Source of the DNA: Candidatus Saccharimonadales bacterium
GTDB taxonomy: Bacteria > Patescibacteriota > Saccharimonadia > Saccharimonadales > JBBQAJ01
Assembly: GCA_038206875.1 (NCBI GenBank)
Contig: JBBRAK010000001.1
Span: forward strand, 67,925-131,924
DNA length: 64,000 nucleotides
Direction of reading: 5' to 3'
Shown piece by piece: positions 28,300 to 38,209 of this stretch (position 1 is its first letter; each line of letters starts with the position of its first letter). Below the pieces are notes generated by a model. The model made no database searches. It saw only the letters and a program-made list of their open reading frames with translations, and was not told the DNA's origin. The position numbers were made by a program, and so were the translations under genes.

Positions 28300-29427
28300 A
28301 TGTCACAACCTGAAAATATGCCTCAAGCAGTAGAAGCCCCAGTACAAAACGGAAGTCAAGAAGGCTTGTCCAGGAACAGATTAGTTGCTATAGGAACAAC
28401 CGTAGCAATTGCAGCTGGAATAGGTGGCATGGAGTCCATACAGCCCACGGAAGCGACTCATGATGGTGCTCCAGCTTCTGAGATAACCGTAAATATGCCA
28501 GTCACATCTCCTGAAGATGTTTTATCACAGATTAGTTCAGACGTTGAGATTAATCCGCAGGTTAAAATAGCAATCAGAGGGAACGCTCAAAACACCTATG
28601 AAGAAGATTTCCAAACTGAGCAAACAGATGCCCAGGACACGAATAGCGAAGTCCAAGCTTTTGTAGAACAAAACAAAGGCCTGCTAAGTCATCCAGAGAA
28701 AATTGATGCTATTTCGATAGTTGGGTTGGCTTCTGCGGAAGATGAACAACTCAGCGACGAACAACTTATAACCCCTAGTGCAGAAAACCTAGAGTTGGCC
28801 GGACAACGAGGCGAGTTGGCCAGAACTGCATTGGTTAAAGAAATCAAAGCTCAAACTGGCGTTGATGTGTCAGATAAAATCACCATGGGCGCACGCGAGG
28901 ACATGCTAAACCAAGAAGAATATCAGCAAGTGACAGAAATGGTTGGCAGGTTTGGATATGATTCTGTTGAAACCATGGTAGATGCGTATAATAGGGGCGG
29001 TACTGTGCCTCCTGAGGTTGGCGAATTACTAGACAGCGTGTTAGCCAGTGAACGTGGCGCGGAAATAACAATAGAACTACATGATGGAACAAAACTTGAT
29101 GTCAAAGCACCAAAGCCAAGACCCCAAGAAGCAAATCACGGCGACAACAACGTAGTTGCTGACAGATACGAAGGGTACATACCTAAAGACGAAGCGCCGG
29201 CTGTTATGACAGAAGCGACTTTGCTTCCAGAACGTCCAGGTGAGCATTTTGCTCGTGTAAAAAACGGGAGTCGTTTCCAGACCCGAACTGACCCGATTGG
29301 CAAGAGAGTCAAACAACCCCGAGCGGGCAACACCAATGTTAGAAGCAGAGTAATGAGCGAAGGCAAAAGAAAATCTGGTCGCAAGGGCGGTCAGAGTAAA
29401 CATTCTAGCCGAGGCCACCGAGGCTAG
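28300..29427 (+). CDS. Membrane-anchored protein with OmpA/MotB-like domain and basic tail
   Basis: N-terminal TM; ISIVGLASAE...NLELAGQRG...ERGAEITI resembles the OmpA_C signature. Confidence 0.6.
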   Translation: MSQPENMPQAVEAPVQNGSQEGLSRNRLVAIGTTVAIAAGIGGMESIQPTEATHDGAPASEITVNMPVTSPEDVLSQISSDVEINPQVKIAIRGNAQNTYEEDFQTEQTDAQDTNSEVQAFVEQNKGLLSHPEKIDAISIVGLASAEDEQLSDEQLITPSAENLELAGQRGELARTALVKEIKAQTGVDVSDKITMGAREDMLNQEEYQQVTEMVGRFGYDSVETMVDAYNRGGTVPPEVGELLDSVLASERGAEITIELHDGTKLDVKAPKPRPQEANHGDNNVVADRYEGYIPKDEAPAVMTEATLLPERPGEHFARVKNGSRFQTRTDPIGKRVKQPRAGNTNVRSRVMSEGKRKSGRKGGQSKHSSRGHRG

Positions 29428-29496
29428 CATACAAAGTTAGAATACAAAGTACTCATGCTTGCTAGTCGACTGGTTTTTCAGGTATTGTTGATGCAA

Positions 29497-30378
29497 ATGA
29501 GTGCGGACATGAATTGTTTTGAAGCTGTTAGAGAACTTGACGCTGCTATGGCAGACGTTATTCCTACTGGCATGAACTATATAGTGCTAGGCGGTATTGT
29601 CAGTTCTGCGATACGCCATCCAGACACGATCTTTGATTCACAAGAAAATGGAGGAATGTTGCTTGCTCCAAATTCAGCTGCCGACCCAGTTATAAGAGAA
29701 AATGGTACCAAACGGGATGTAGATATTTTGATCACTGGAGTGCTTGATCGCGAAACTTGCCACAACGTAAAACAAACGGTGCATGAGGCAACGGGGGGAG
29801 AGTTGGTTGTTTCTGTTTTTGATTTTGAGGCACATGACCCTAATCCTTCATGGCTAAGCAAAGTGAAAGCAGGCGTAAGCCATAGGACTATTGATGAAAA
29901 TGGAGTATTGCGATATGAGATGTATCCGCTGCTTAAAGAAGTTAAACCAGAAACTTATGAACCTTGGTATCTAACGATAGACAATGGTCAGACCAAGATA
30001 AATGTATTAAATCCAGCTGGACATATATTGGCATATCGGATGCGTTCAATTTCTGGGATTCGTCCAAAAGATGTTGGTAAGGTTGCTGAAATGACAAGAT
30101 GTGTCATGGCAGTGCCTGAGCTTGAAGATGCAATACGTGAAGGAGATTTTGCAGATTGGTTGGATTTTGCGGAAGCACTGCAAAGCATTCTACGCGCAGA
30201 AATAGAGCCAGGGGATGGTTTGCTTTTTCCCGAGGCTGGGAGAGCGTCGCTTGTTGCATTTCGTTGGAAAGGCAAACTTTTGCATGCACTAGAAAGCAAT
30301 GAATCACTAGTACGACTTGCCCAAGATGAAAAAGGAGTTGTTGAAAAAGCCTTGAATTTCTTTGTCCGGGCAAAGTAG
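29497..30378 (+). CDS. Putative pol-beta-superfamily nucleotidyltransferase (start uncertain)
   Basis: YIVLGG...GTKRDVDILI (hG[GS]...DxD); RPKD motif. Confidence 0.6.
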   Translation: MSADMNCFEAVRELDAAMADVIPTGMNYIVLGGIVSSAIRHPDTIFDSQENGGMLLAPNSAADPVIRENGTKRDVDILITGVLDRETCHNVKQTVHEATGGELVVSVFDFEAHDPNPSWLSKVKAGVSHRTIDENGVLRYEMYPLLKEVKPETYEPWYLTIDNGQTKINVLNPAGHILAYRMRSISGIRPKDVGKVAEMTRCVMAVPELEDAIREGDFADWLDFAEALQSILRAEIEPGDGLLFPEAGRASLVAFRWKGKLLHALESNESLVRLAQDEKGVVEKALNFFVRAK

Positions 30379-30407
30379 CGCTGGTTAAGTGATATGATTG
30401 AGAGAAT

Positions 30408-30962
30408 ATGAAAACAGCATTTTTGTTGCATGGAACGGGTGGAAATAGTGATGATTATTTCTGGTTTGCTGACACTAAGAGGTTTTTGGAAAAGCACGGT
30501 TACAATGTCTGGATGCCTCAACTACCAAACTCAAATGCTCCTAAGTTCCAGGAATCGTTAGAATTTGTTGAGGATAATATGCCAGTAATTGACCACGACA
30601 CAATCGTTATTGGGCATTCTTCTAGCTGTCCATTGATATTGAGTTGGTTGCAATACGTTAAAATTCCAATTAAACAAGCTGTGCTGGTGGCGGGATATTA
30701 CGAACCAAAACCCGACCAGTCTACTTCTTTGTTGCAAAAAACAGAGTTTGACTGGGAAGCAATTAAAGGTGCGTGCAAAAACATAGTCATGATAAATTCA
30801 GACAATGACCCTTGGGGCTGTGACGACAAACAGGCACGTCCAACCGCAAAAAAATTAGGTGCAAAGTTTGTCTTGGCCAAAAATCAAGGTCATATGGGCT
30901 CAAATGCTTACAATCAACCGTATAGAGAACATGAATTGGTCAAAGAAGAGCTAAATGTGTAA
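30408..30962 (+). CDS. RBBP9/YdeN-like alpha/beta hydrolase
   Basis: LLHG, YFWF, IGHSSS, SDNDPW, GHM. Confidence 0.88.
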   Translation: MKTAFLLHGTGGNSDDYFWFADTKRFLEKHGYNVWMPQLPNSNAPKFQESLEFVEDNMPVIDHDTIVIGHSSSCPLILSWLQYVKIPIKQAVLVAGYYEPKPDQSTSLLQKTEFDWEAIKGACKNIVMINSDNDPWGCDDKQARPTAKKLGAKFVLAKNQGHMGSNAYNQPYREHELVKEELNV

Positions 30963-30980
30963 TGTTATCATAGGCGTAGT

Positions 30981-31439
30981 ATGCTAGATGTTGAAGAGGC
31001 TATTAGAGATTATTTGCCAAATATAATTCACATGTCTTTGGCGACTTGTGTTGGAAATAAGCCTTGGGTTTGTGAAGTTCATTTTGCGTATGACAAAGAG
31101 TTAAATTTATACTTTCGTTCTACACTTTCACGGCGTCACAGCCAAGAAATTGAGCAGAACCCAACTGTAGCAGGGAACATAATTTCGCAACACCAGCTGA
31201 GCGACAAGCCCAGAGGTGTGTATTTTGAAGGCACGGCAAAATTATTAGAAAATGTAGATGAAGACCACGTAGCCTATAAAATGATTTCTAGCAGATTTAA
31301 TCTAGGTAATGAAATATTGGAAGATGCCAAATTAGTCGATGGACACAAATTTTACGAAATCAAGGTAGGTAATTTTTATGTATTTGATGCTCGTGAAACA
31401 GACCCATCAAAAAAATACCATCTACATTGGATAAAGTAG
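30981..31439 (+). CDS. Pyridoxamine 5'-phosphate oxidase-like (split-barrel) protein
   Basis: MSLAT...PWVCEVHF...YFRS...RHSQEIEQNPTVA. Confidence 0.85.
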   Translation: MLDVEEAIRDYLPNIIHMSLATCVGNKPWVCEVHFAYDKELNLYFRSTLSRRHSQEIEQNPTVAGNIISQHQLSDKPRGVYFEGTAKLLENVDEDHVAYKMISSRFNLGNEILEDAKLVDGHKFYEIKVGNFYVFDARETDPSKKYHLHWIK

Positions 31440-31440
31440 C

Positions 31441-32295
31441 TCAACCAGCGTCAGATTTTATTATTTCAAGCATTTCCTGATAAGTTACACTTGGATAGCT
31501 CAACGCGTGTAGTTTTCTAATGGAGAGTGAGTTGTTATCTGGCCAGCCGGCTTCATTGCCGTCAGGCTTTACCAAGGAGCCATTTATACCTAAACGCTCT
31601 GCGACGTCGTGCATAAATTGATAATACGTCACCGGTGTATCAATACCTAAATTTAGAATGATTTGTTTGGCTGAATCTTTAATAATGTAATTTACCAAGA
31701 TATCGCAGACATTGTTTATCAGTACTGGAGTGAAAAGCTTTTTGGAATCAAAAGAAACGTATTTGCCATCCAACAGTGAACGCAAAGCATCTGGAAAATG
31801 TTTGGGTGAAGCAAAATTATTACTAATTCCAACATGCCTATGCCCCCGCGTAATCAGGTAAGGAAGCTTCGATTTCATAAGTAATTTTTCGCAAATTACT
31901 TTAGATTCTCCGTACGGACTGCGAGGTTGTGGGTTGTCTGTTTCTGCGTAATTGCCATTTTCTTTACCACCGTAAACGGCCTCGGTGCTCGTAAAAAGAA
32001 ACGGTGTTTTTTTCGGTAAAGCCAAGTCGATAAGGTTCTGCGTAATCGCTGGATTTGAGGTTATGATTTCAGAGCTTGTGGTTATGTCGCGTCCGGTATC
32101 AGCAGCCAAATGAACAATAAAATCTGGTTTGAAATCTTCAAATATCTGTTTAACTTTTTCGGTGTTATGCAAGTCGACAGGATTTCTAACGTCGTTCCTA
32201 GAAACAGTTAATATATTGAAAGTAGAACCATATAGTTCGACAAACTTAGTACCTATGTACCCGCTCGAGCCAGTGAGAAAAATTTTCTTTGACAT
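31441..32295 (-). CDS. RmlD-like NAD(P)-dependent sugar-nucleotide reductase (SDR)
   Basis: LTGSSGYIG, VHLAA, STEAVY, YGESK. Confidence 0.85.
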   Translation of the reverse strand: MSKKIFLTGSSGYIGTKFVELYGSTFNILTVSRNDVRNPVDLHNTEKVKQIFEDFKPDFIVHLAADTGRDITTSSEIITSNPAITQNLIDLALPKKTPFLFTSTEAVYGGKENGNYAETDNPQPRSPYGESKVICEKLLMKSKLPYLITRGHRHVGISNNFASPKHFPDALRSLLDGKYVSFDSKKLFTPVLINNVCDILVNYIIKDSAKQIILNLGIDTPVTYYQFMHDVAERLGINGSLVKPDGNEAGWPDNNSLSIRKLHALSYPSVTYQEMLEIIKSDAG

Positions 32296-32341
32296 ACTAT
32301 AATTATAAAACAAATATGCTTAACGGTGATATGATTATCCA

Positions 32342-32764
32342 ATGATTGTTTATTATACGGACGGGAGTTGTGAGCCGAACCCTGGGACGGGTGGATTCGC
32401 GGTCATACGAGAAATGAAACCACAAGTACTCGGTGGAGAGCACGAAACTACCAATATCCGGATGGAAGGTTTTGCTATAATTGCGGCACTCAAAGATTCT
32501 GCTGGTGAAAAATGTGAAATATATACAGACAGTGAATTTTGGATAAAAGTTATAACCGTTTGGTCAATTGGATGGGAAGCTAACGGGTGGAAGAAAAAGG
32601 GCGGAGTGATAAAAAACCTAGATATAGTCCAGCGGATCTGTCCGCTATATAAAAAGTCGCATGCAAAGCTAGTATGGGTTAGGGGGCATAATGATGACCC
32701 TGGGAATGAGATGGCGGATGAGTGGGCAAATAAGGCACGATTACAGCAATTTAATAGCAAATAA
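32342..32764 (+). CDS. rnhA: Ribonuclease HI
   Basis: YTDGSCEPNPG, TTNIRME, YTDS, WVRGH...NEMADEWA. Confidence 0.95.
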   Translation: MIVYYTDGSCEPNPGTGGFAVIREMKPQVLGGEHETTNIRMEGFAIIAALKDSAGEKCEIYTDSEFWIKVITVWSIGWEANGWKKKGGVIKNLDIVQRICPLYKKSHAKLVWVRGHNDDPGNEMADEWANKARLQQFNSK

Positions 32765-32795
32765 AAATCAGCGTACGCTATGCTTACTGCCAATA

Positions 32796-32973
32796 TTACT
32801 TTTTTGGTCAGCAAAAAAGTAACCAAAAAAGCTGACAGACACTTCCAGTTCTTGATGACTCCATTGTCAAACACAACAATGCTCGTCGCTATTGCTAAAG
32901 CAGTAGCTCCTCTCTCTAATTGTTGCTTTGACGACTCCATCATCAGGAACTTCCAGAGTCTGAAAAAATGTCA
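32796..32973 (+). repeat. MITE/REP-like long palindromic element
   Basis: TTACTTTTTTG/CAAAAAAGTAA hairpin, then a rod: CAGAC/GTCTG, AGTTCTTGATGA/TCATCAGGAACT, GTCAAA/TTTGAC, CAACAAT/ATTGTTG, GCTATTGC/GCAGTAGC. Confidence 0.65.
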
Positions 32974-33052
32974 TGAACTTATGTTCGAAATTGGCGCACG
33001 TTCTACTTGTGACGGGGAGTATAATGTAAATAGTTAATTTAAGGAGGTTTAT

Positions 33053-33424
33053 ATGTTGTCAGATAGCAATATTAGTGCGGTTTTGGCAGTTAAAGATATG
33101 GAAAAGGCCAAAGAATTTTATGAAGGAAAGCTAGGGTTAAAGCCAGATGGAACTGATCCGGACGGGATATATTACAAAAGTGGGAACACACAGGTGCTTG
33201 TGTACGTGTCTCAGTTTGCTGGAACAAATCAAGCCACATCAGCCGGTTGGAAAGTAGATGACATTGAGGCAACTGTTGCGGAGTTGTCGGAGAAGGGTGT
33301 TAAGTTTGAACACTATGATTTTCCTGGTTCAAAACGAGAAGGTGACGTGCACGTGCTGGAAGGCGTAAAAGCCGCCTGGTTCAAGGATCCTGATGGAAAT
33401 ATTTTGGCAATTGATCAAGTTTAG
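33053..33424 (+). CDS. VOC/glyoxalase family protein
   Basis: VKDMEKAKEFYEGKLGL, AWFKDPDGNIL; AAGGAGG SD. Confidence 0.92.
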   Translation: MLSDSNISAVLAVKDMEKAKEFYEGKLGLKPDGTDPDGIYYKSGNTQVLVYVSQFAGTNQATSAGWKVDDIEATVAELSEKGVKFEHYDFPGSKREGDVHVLEGVKAAWFKDPDGNILAIDQV

Positions 33425-33474
33425 GGATGTTCAAATAAAAAACATTAAAACTTTTTTGCTGGTATGATTAGTTT

Positions 33475-34041
33475 ATGAATCAAAAAGCAAATTTTGCGTT
33501 TATTGATAGTCAGAATTTGAATGTTGGCGTTCAGAAGTATGGTTGGAAGATGGACTGGATTAAATTTCGTAAGTTTTTGGCTGAGAAATTTAACATTTCA
33601 GATGCATATATGTTTATTGGCTATGTGCCAGAGTTTGAAGAAATGTACAAACAGCTTCACGAGGCAGGTTACATGGTCGTCCTGAAACCGACTTATGACA
33701 TGACTCGTCCAAGGCCTGAGGAAAAGGAGCCGGTGGTAAGGATAAATGAGCAGGGCAAAAAAGAGGAAGAAGAAAAACGGCCAGTAAAAGGCAATGTGGA
33801 CGCTGATTTAGTGTTGTGGGTTATGAAAGAACTGCATAATTACAATAAAGCTGTGATAGTTTCGGGAGATGGAGATTTTTATAGTTTGGTTGAGTATCTG
33901 GACACGCAGAACAAGCTTCTGAAGATATTGGCTCCAAATGCCCAGTATTCAGGTTTGTTTAACAAATATGAGTCATATATAGAGCGTTTAGATAATTCGC
34001 GTAAAGTATTAGCTTACTACGATCGTAAAAGAAAAAAATAA
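33475..34041 (+). CDS. NYN domain (PIN-like) protein
   Basis: AFIDSQNL, KGNVDADL, VSGDGDF. Confidence 0.9.
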   Translation: MNQKANFAFIDSQNLNVGVQKYGWKMDWIKFRKFLAEKFNISDAYMFIGYVPEFEEMYKQLHEAGYMVVLKPTYDMTRPRPEEKEPVVRINEQGKKEEEEKRPVKGNVDADLVLWVMKELHNYNKAVIVSGDGDFYSLVEYLDTQNKLLKILAPNAQYSGLFNKYESYIERLDNSRKVLAYYDRKRKK

Positions 34042-34051
34042 CTCACGTTTT

Positions 34052-34312
34052 ATGAAGAAGGATATCGAATCACGCCTGGCCGCAGTAGAAGTTAGAAATA
34101 TACGTGTCGAAAACGATAAGGAATGGGAGGTGAGTTGGGCTCGTAGATTTTCGATTGTGGCACTTACATATTTTACCGTCTTAGCGTATTTGATAATCAT
34201 AAAAAATAACAAACCGTTTTTGAACGCAAGCGTTCCGGCGATAGGGTTTTTACTTTCAACTTTAATTTTGAAAAGAGTAAAAAATATATGGCAAAACCTA
34301 AACAAAAAATAG
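34052..34312 (+). CDS. Small 2-TM hypothetical protein
   Basis: RNIRVENDKEWEVSWARR followed by two TM segments. Confidence 0.75.
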   Translation: MKKDIESRLAAVEVRNIRVENDKEWEVSWARRFSIVALTYFTVLAYLIIIKNNKPFLNASVPAIGFLLSTLILKRVKNIWQNLNKK

Positions 34313-34854
34313 TACTTGCCAGAACTGAGTTTGGCAATCCTATTCTTCGAAATAGGGCAGATAAACTTTCTGTGTTTGAAATCAAGTCATCTAAAACACA
34401 GCACCTAATATCTGCTATGAAATCTACGCTTATGGAAACCAAGCTAGGTGTGGGTTTGGCAGCACCCCAAGTGGGAGAGGGAGTTGCACTATCCGTTATA
34501 TTGGTTCAGCCAACTAAGCATCGTCCTGAGGTCAAGCCGTTTGAACTTGTGATAATAAATCCAGAAATTATTCAGACATTTGGTAGAAAATATCAGTTGT
34601 GGGAGGGTTGCATAAGCTCGGGGCAGGGCAAAGCCGGTCTTTTTGCCAAAGTACCAAGATATAACAAGGTAAAATTGAAGTTTACGGACGAAAATGGAAC
34701 AGGCCATAGCAAAATATTTTCAGGTTTGCCGGCACAAGTGATTCAACATGAAGTCGACCATTTGAACGGAATACTTTTTGTTGACAGAGTGAAAGACACA
34801 AAAACGTATGTAACTTATCGAGAGTACATGAGATACGTTGGCCAGAAAACGTAG
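34288..34854 (+). CDS. def: Peptide deformylase
   Basis: GVGLAAPQVG, EGCIS, QHEVDHLNG. Confidence 0.96.
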   Translation: MAKPKQKIVLARTEFGNPILRNRADKLSVFEIKSSKTQHLISAMKSTLMETKLGVGLAAPQVGEGVALSVILVQPTKHRPEVKPFELVIINPEIIQTFGRKYQLWEGCISSGQGKAGLFAKVPRYNKVKLKFTDENGTGHSKIFSGLPAQVIQHEVDHLNGILFVDRVKDTKTYVTYREYMRYVGQKT

Positions 34855-34891
34855 AAACCTTAGCAGTGTTTGATATACTTATTGTTACTGC

Positions 34892-35743
34892 ATGAAATTT
34901 GTAAAACCTACTAAAGCAATTATCCCGGTGGCAGGGTACGGTACCCGCCGTTTGCCGGTGGGAAAATCTATTGAAAAGTGCATGATGCCTATACTTAACC
35001 GTCCAATTATCGATTATATTGTTGAAGATTGTATAAAGGCAGGTATTACTGATATATATTTTGTTATTACGAACGGTGCACCTCAATTGAAGAGTTATTA
35101 CAAAACCAATTCAGTTCTAGAAGAATATTTGGCTAAAAAAGGTGCAACCGAACAGCTAGAGGCTATAAAGCCACCTAAAAATGTCAATTTTCACTATGTT
35201 CAACAAACTCAGCCAAACGGTGAATATGGGACTACTGTTCCGGTCTGGTCTTGTCGGGATATTGTCGAACCAAGCGAAAACGTAGTAATAATAATGGGCG
35301 ACCAAACTTTGTTCCGTTTGGATGGCGGTTCGGACTTGGCAGACATGATAGCATCTGTGGAATCAAAACAAACAAATGCTGGTATGGTGGCAGTGGCCGT
35401 GCCTGAAGACCAGCTGCAATATTACGGAATAATTGCTATGGATAAGTCGGGACATTTTAGTCACATCGTCGAAAAACCTCCACGTAAAGATGCTCCGTCG
35501 AACCTAAATAATGCCAGCATGTATCTAGTTCCTGGCAGTTTTTGGCAATACGTACAAAAAGACATGGATGCGCCGCACACTCGTGAGTACTATTTAACTG
35601 ACGTTTTAAACGACTTTGTTGCCGATAATCACACAATAAATGTGTTTGAGGCAAAAGGAAGATACCTGGATTGTGGCAATCTAGAAGGCTGGGTCGAAGC
35701 AAATAACTATCTTCTAGAATTTACTCTGGAAAATAAAGTATAA
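34892..35743 (+). CDS. galU: GalU-like sugar-phosphate nucleotidyltransferase
   Basis: KAIIPVAGYGTRRLP...KCMMPI, IVEKP, EYYLTD, YLDCG. Confidence 0.8.
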   Translation: MKFVKPTKAIIPVAGYGTRRLPVGKSIEKCMMPILNRPIIDYIVEDCIKAGITDIYFVITNGAPQLKSYYKTNSVLEEYLAKKGATEQLEAIKPPKNVNFHYVQQTQPNGEYGTTVPVWSCRDIVEPSENVVIIMGDQTLFRLDGGSDLADMIASVESKQTNAGMVAVAVPEDQLQYYGIIAMDKSGHFSHIVEKPPRKDAPSNLNNASMYLVPGSFWQYVQKDMDAPHTREYYLTDVLNDFVADNHTINVFEAKGRYLDCGNLEGWVEANNYLLEFTLENKV

Positions 35744-35749
35744 ACGCTA

Positions 35750-36571
35750 ATGCAAAAAGAACTTAATCTCAATACGGGAGCCAAAATACCATCCGTTGGT
35801 TTTGGTACATGGCAGATATTTCCAAATGGTAGAGCTAAAAAAGCTGTAGCTAGTGCGCTAGAAATTGGGTACAGACATATCGATACTGCTAGAGCATATG
35901 GTAATGAAAAGGGAGTTGGAGAAGCTATTTCGGAAAGTAAAATTTCTCGAAAAGACATATTTGTGACCACCAAACTTTGGAGTCAAAGTTTGGGTTATGA
36001 CAATGCACAGAGAGCTATTGATAATTCCCTGAAACGTTTAAAAATGGAATACGTGGATTTGTATTTGATACATTTTCCTCGTAATGAAAAGCGCTTAGAG
36101 AGTTGGCGTGCGTTTGAGGAAATATATACTTCGGGCAAAGCAAAATCTGTGGGTGTGTCCAATTTTACGGTCAGGCATTTGCAAGAACTTATGGACAAAT
36201 TTAGGGTAGTTCCTGCCATAAACCAAGTTGAGTTCCATCCGTTTCTATACAAAGACCAAATTGAACTTTTGAAATTTTGTAAAAAGCACAAGATTGTCAT
36301 TGAAGCATATAGTCCGCTTGCACATGGTAAAAAAACAGATGATTTGGTACTCCCGCCGATTGCCAAAAAACATGGGAAAAGTGTATCTCAAATTATATTA
36401 CGCTGGTGTTTGCAGCACGGAACTTTGCCACTACCAAAATCTACTAATCCTGAACATATGAAAGAAAATTTGGACATATATGATTTTGAACTTTCTGAGT
36501 CTGAGATGGATTCTATCAACGAATTGAGTGATGGGACCAGAACTTGCTGGGATCCTACAGACGTAAAATAA
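35750..36571 (+). CDS. Aldo/keto reductase
   Basis: GFGTW, YRHIDTARAY, FVTTKLW, LYLIHFP, VGVSNF, PKS. Confidence 0.95.
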   Translation: MQKELNLNTGAKIPSVGFGTWQIFPNGRAKKAVASALEIGYRHIDTARAYGNEKGVGEAISESKISRKDIFVTTKLWSQSLGYDNAQRAIDNSLKRLKMEYVDLYLIHFPRNEKRLESWRAFEEIYTSGKAKSVGVSNFTVRHLQELMDKFRVVPAINQVEFHPFLYKDQIELLKFCKKHKIVIEAYSPLAHGKKTDDLVLPPIAKKHGKSVSQIILRWCLQHGTLPLPKSTNPEHMKENLDIYDFELSESEMDSINELSDGTRTCWDPTDVK

Positions 36572-36610
36572 ATTTTTCACTCTTCGGGTAGGGTATAATC
36601 TACCATAAGC

Positions 36611-37882
36611 ATGAATGAAAGTAGCAATGATGAGATATTTCCAAAACACTTTTTTTGGGGTGCCAGTACTGCAAGTCATCAAGTTGAGGGTGGAACCCTA
36701 AATCAGTGGACAGTATGGGAGCTTTCACGTGCTAAAGAAGCAGCCCAAACAGCACACCAGAGGTTAAATTGGTTACCAAACTGGAAAGATATTAAAGACC
36801 AAGCGGAAGAACCCGAAAATTATGTATCTGGTAGAGGCGTGGAGCATTACAAACGCTACAAAGAAGACTTTGATTTGGTAGAAAAACTGAATTTAAATGC
36901 CTTTAGGTTTGGCATAGAATGGTCAAGAATTGAGCCAGAAGAAGGTAAGTGGAACGAAGATGCAATTGCCCATTACAAAAAATATATTGCTGAACTTCGC
37001 TCACGTCACATCGAACCATTTCTAAACATATGGCATTGGACTTCGCCAATTTGGTTCACTGACAAAGGTGGGTTTGAGCACAAACAAAACATAAAATATT
37101 TTGAACGCTTTGTGAAAAAAGTGGCTGCTGAATTTACTGAAGATTTGAACTACATAATAACCATAAATGAACCAAATGTAGAGGCAAGTTTTGGGTACTT
37201 GCTAGGTTTGCATCCACCAAATCAAAAAAACTTGTGGTTGTTTGGAAAAGTTTACTGGAATTTAGTTAAGTGTCACCGATCTTCGTACAAGATACTAAAA
37301 GCTAAAAAACCGAGCTTACAAATCGGGATTGCTCAACAGCTTTCCAACATACAGGCCAAAAGACCTCATAGTATTTTTGATACACTATCTACAAAATGGA
37401 TGCGGTATTTTTGGAATTGGTGGTTTTTGCGTAGAATAAGTGGACATCAAGATTTTGTTGGAATCAATTATTATTTTTCTGACTATTACACCGGGATGTT
37501 GAAACGCAAAAACCCGTCAGTACCACTAAACGATATGGGTTGGTACATGGAGCCAGAAGGCCTGTATCCGCTCATGCTAAGGGCTTGGCAAAGATTTAAA
37601 AAACCAATATTTATTACTGAAAATGGATTGGCAGATGCGCAAGATAAACATCGTCGCTGGTGGATTGAAGAGACAATTGTAGCAATGGAGCGTGCAATAA
37701 GTGAAGGTGTCGACCTGCGGGGGTATTTCCATTGGAGTTTGCTGGATAATTTTGAGTGGCAGGATGGTTGGTGGCCCAAATTTGGCCTAATAGAAGTTGA
37801 TAGAGAAAATGACATGAAGCGCTCTATACGACCCAGCGCCAAATGGTATTCCAAGCGGGTAAAAGACATCAGGAATTCTTAA
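36611..37882 (+). CDS. Glycoside hydrolase family 1 (beta-glucosidase/galactosidase)
   Basis: FFWGASTASHQVEG, TINEP, FITENG, WSLLDNFEW. Confidence 0.95.
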   Translation: MNESSNDEIFPKHFFWGASTASHQVEGGTLNQWTVWELSRAKEAAQTAHQRLNWLPNWKDIKDQAEEPENYVSGRGVEHYKRYKEDFDLVEKLNLNAFRFGIEWSRIEPEEGKWNEDAIAHYKKYIAELRSRHIEPFLNIWHWTSPIWFTDKGGFEHKQNIKYFERFVKKVAAEFTEDLNYIITINEPNVEASFGYLLGLHPPNQKNLWLFGKVYWNLVKCHRSSYKILKAKKPSLQIGIAQQLSNIQAKRPHSIFDTLSTKWMRYFWNWWFLRRISGHQDFVGINYYFSDYYTGMLKRKNPSVPLNDMGWYMEPEGLYPLMLRAWQRFKKPIFITENGLADAQDKHRRWWIEETIVAMERAISEGVDLRGYFHWSLLDNFEWQDGWWPKFGLIEVDRENDMKRSIRPSAKWYSKRVKDIRNS

Positions 37883-37972
37883 GTAGAGACGATATGTGAT
37901 ATGCCGTTCCCATTTTTCCAACAGTTACACAAGTTGTCCTAGTGTTTGAAAAATAATCTAGACACCATATGT

Positions 37973-38009
37973 TGTGGATAAAGTTTAAATTTGTAAAAAC
38001 TGTGGATAA
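37973..38009 (-). promoter_or_regulatory. Two perfect DnaA boxes upstream of the dcw promoter
   Basis: TGTGGATAA (reverse complement TTATCCACA) at 37973-37981 and 38001-38009. Confidence 0.75.
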
Positions 38010-38046
38010 CTGTCCCTATTTGTGACAGTTTTTTAGTATAAAGTGC

Positions 38047-38076
38047 TTGATTGTGGGGAATAGTGGGGAGTAGACT
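38047..38076 (+). promoter_or_regulatory. dcw promoter TTGATT-18-TAGACT with MraZ-type GTGGGG direct repeats in the spacer
   Basis: GTGGGG at 38053 and 38063 (10-bp period), like known MraZ operators. Confidence 0.75.
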
Positions 38077-38209
38077 GTTGTTAGTGGGTTTTCGTAGGTA
38101 GAACATCGATTGCACTTCAGCCAAGCCAAAATAGTTTGTAACAGAGGTGTAAGCGAAACTTACGAAGCAAAATAAAAACCACTGTATATTAATCACTAAA
38201 GGTGTACCA

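Noticed and set aside
1200-32973. Rod hairpins as integron attC sites
   Set aside because: No RYYYAAC/GTTRRRY ends, no integron integrase, and they flank core genes rather than cassettes.
32353-33037. ORFs 32353-32943(-) and 32780-33037(+)
   Set aside because: Antisense shadow of rnhA and read-through of a palindromic element.
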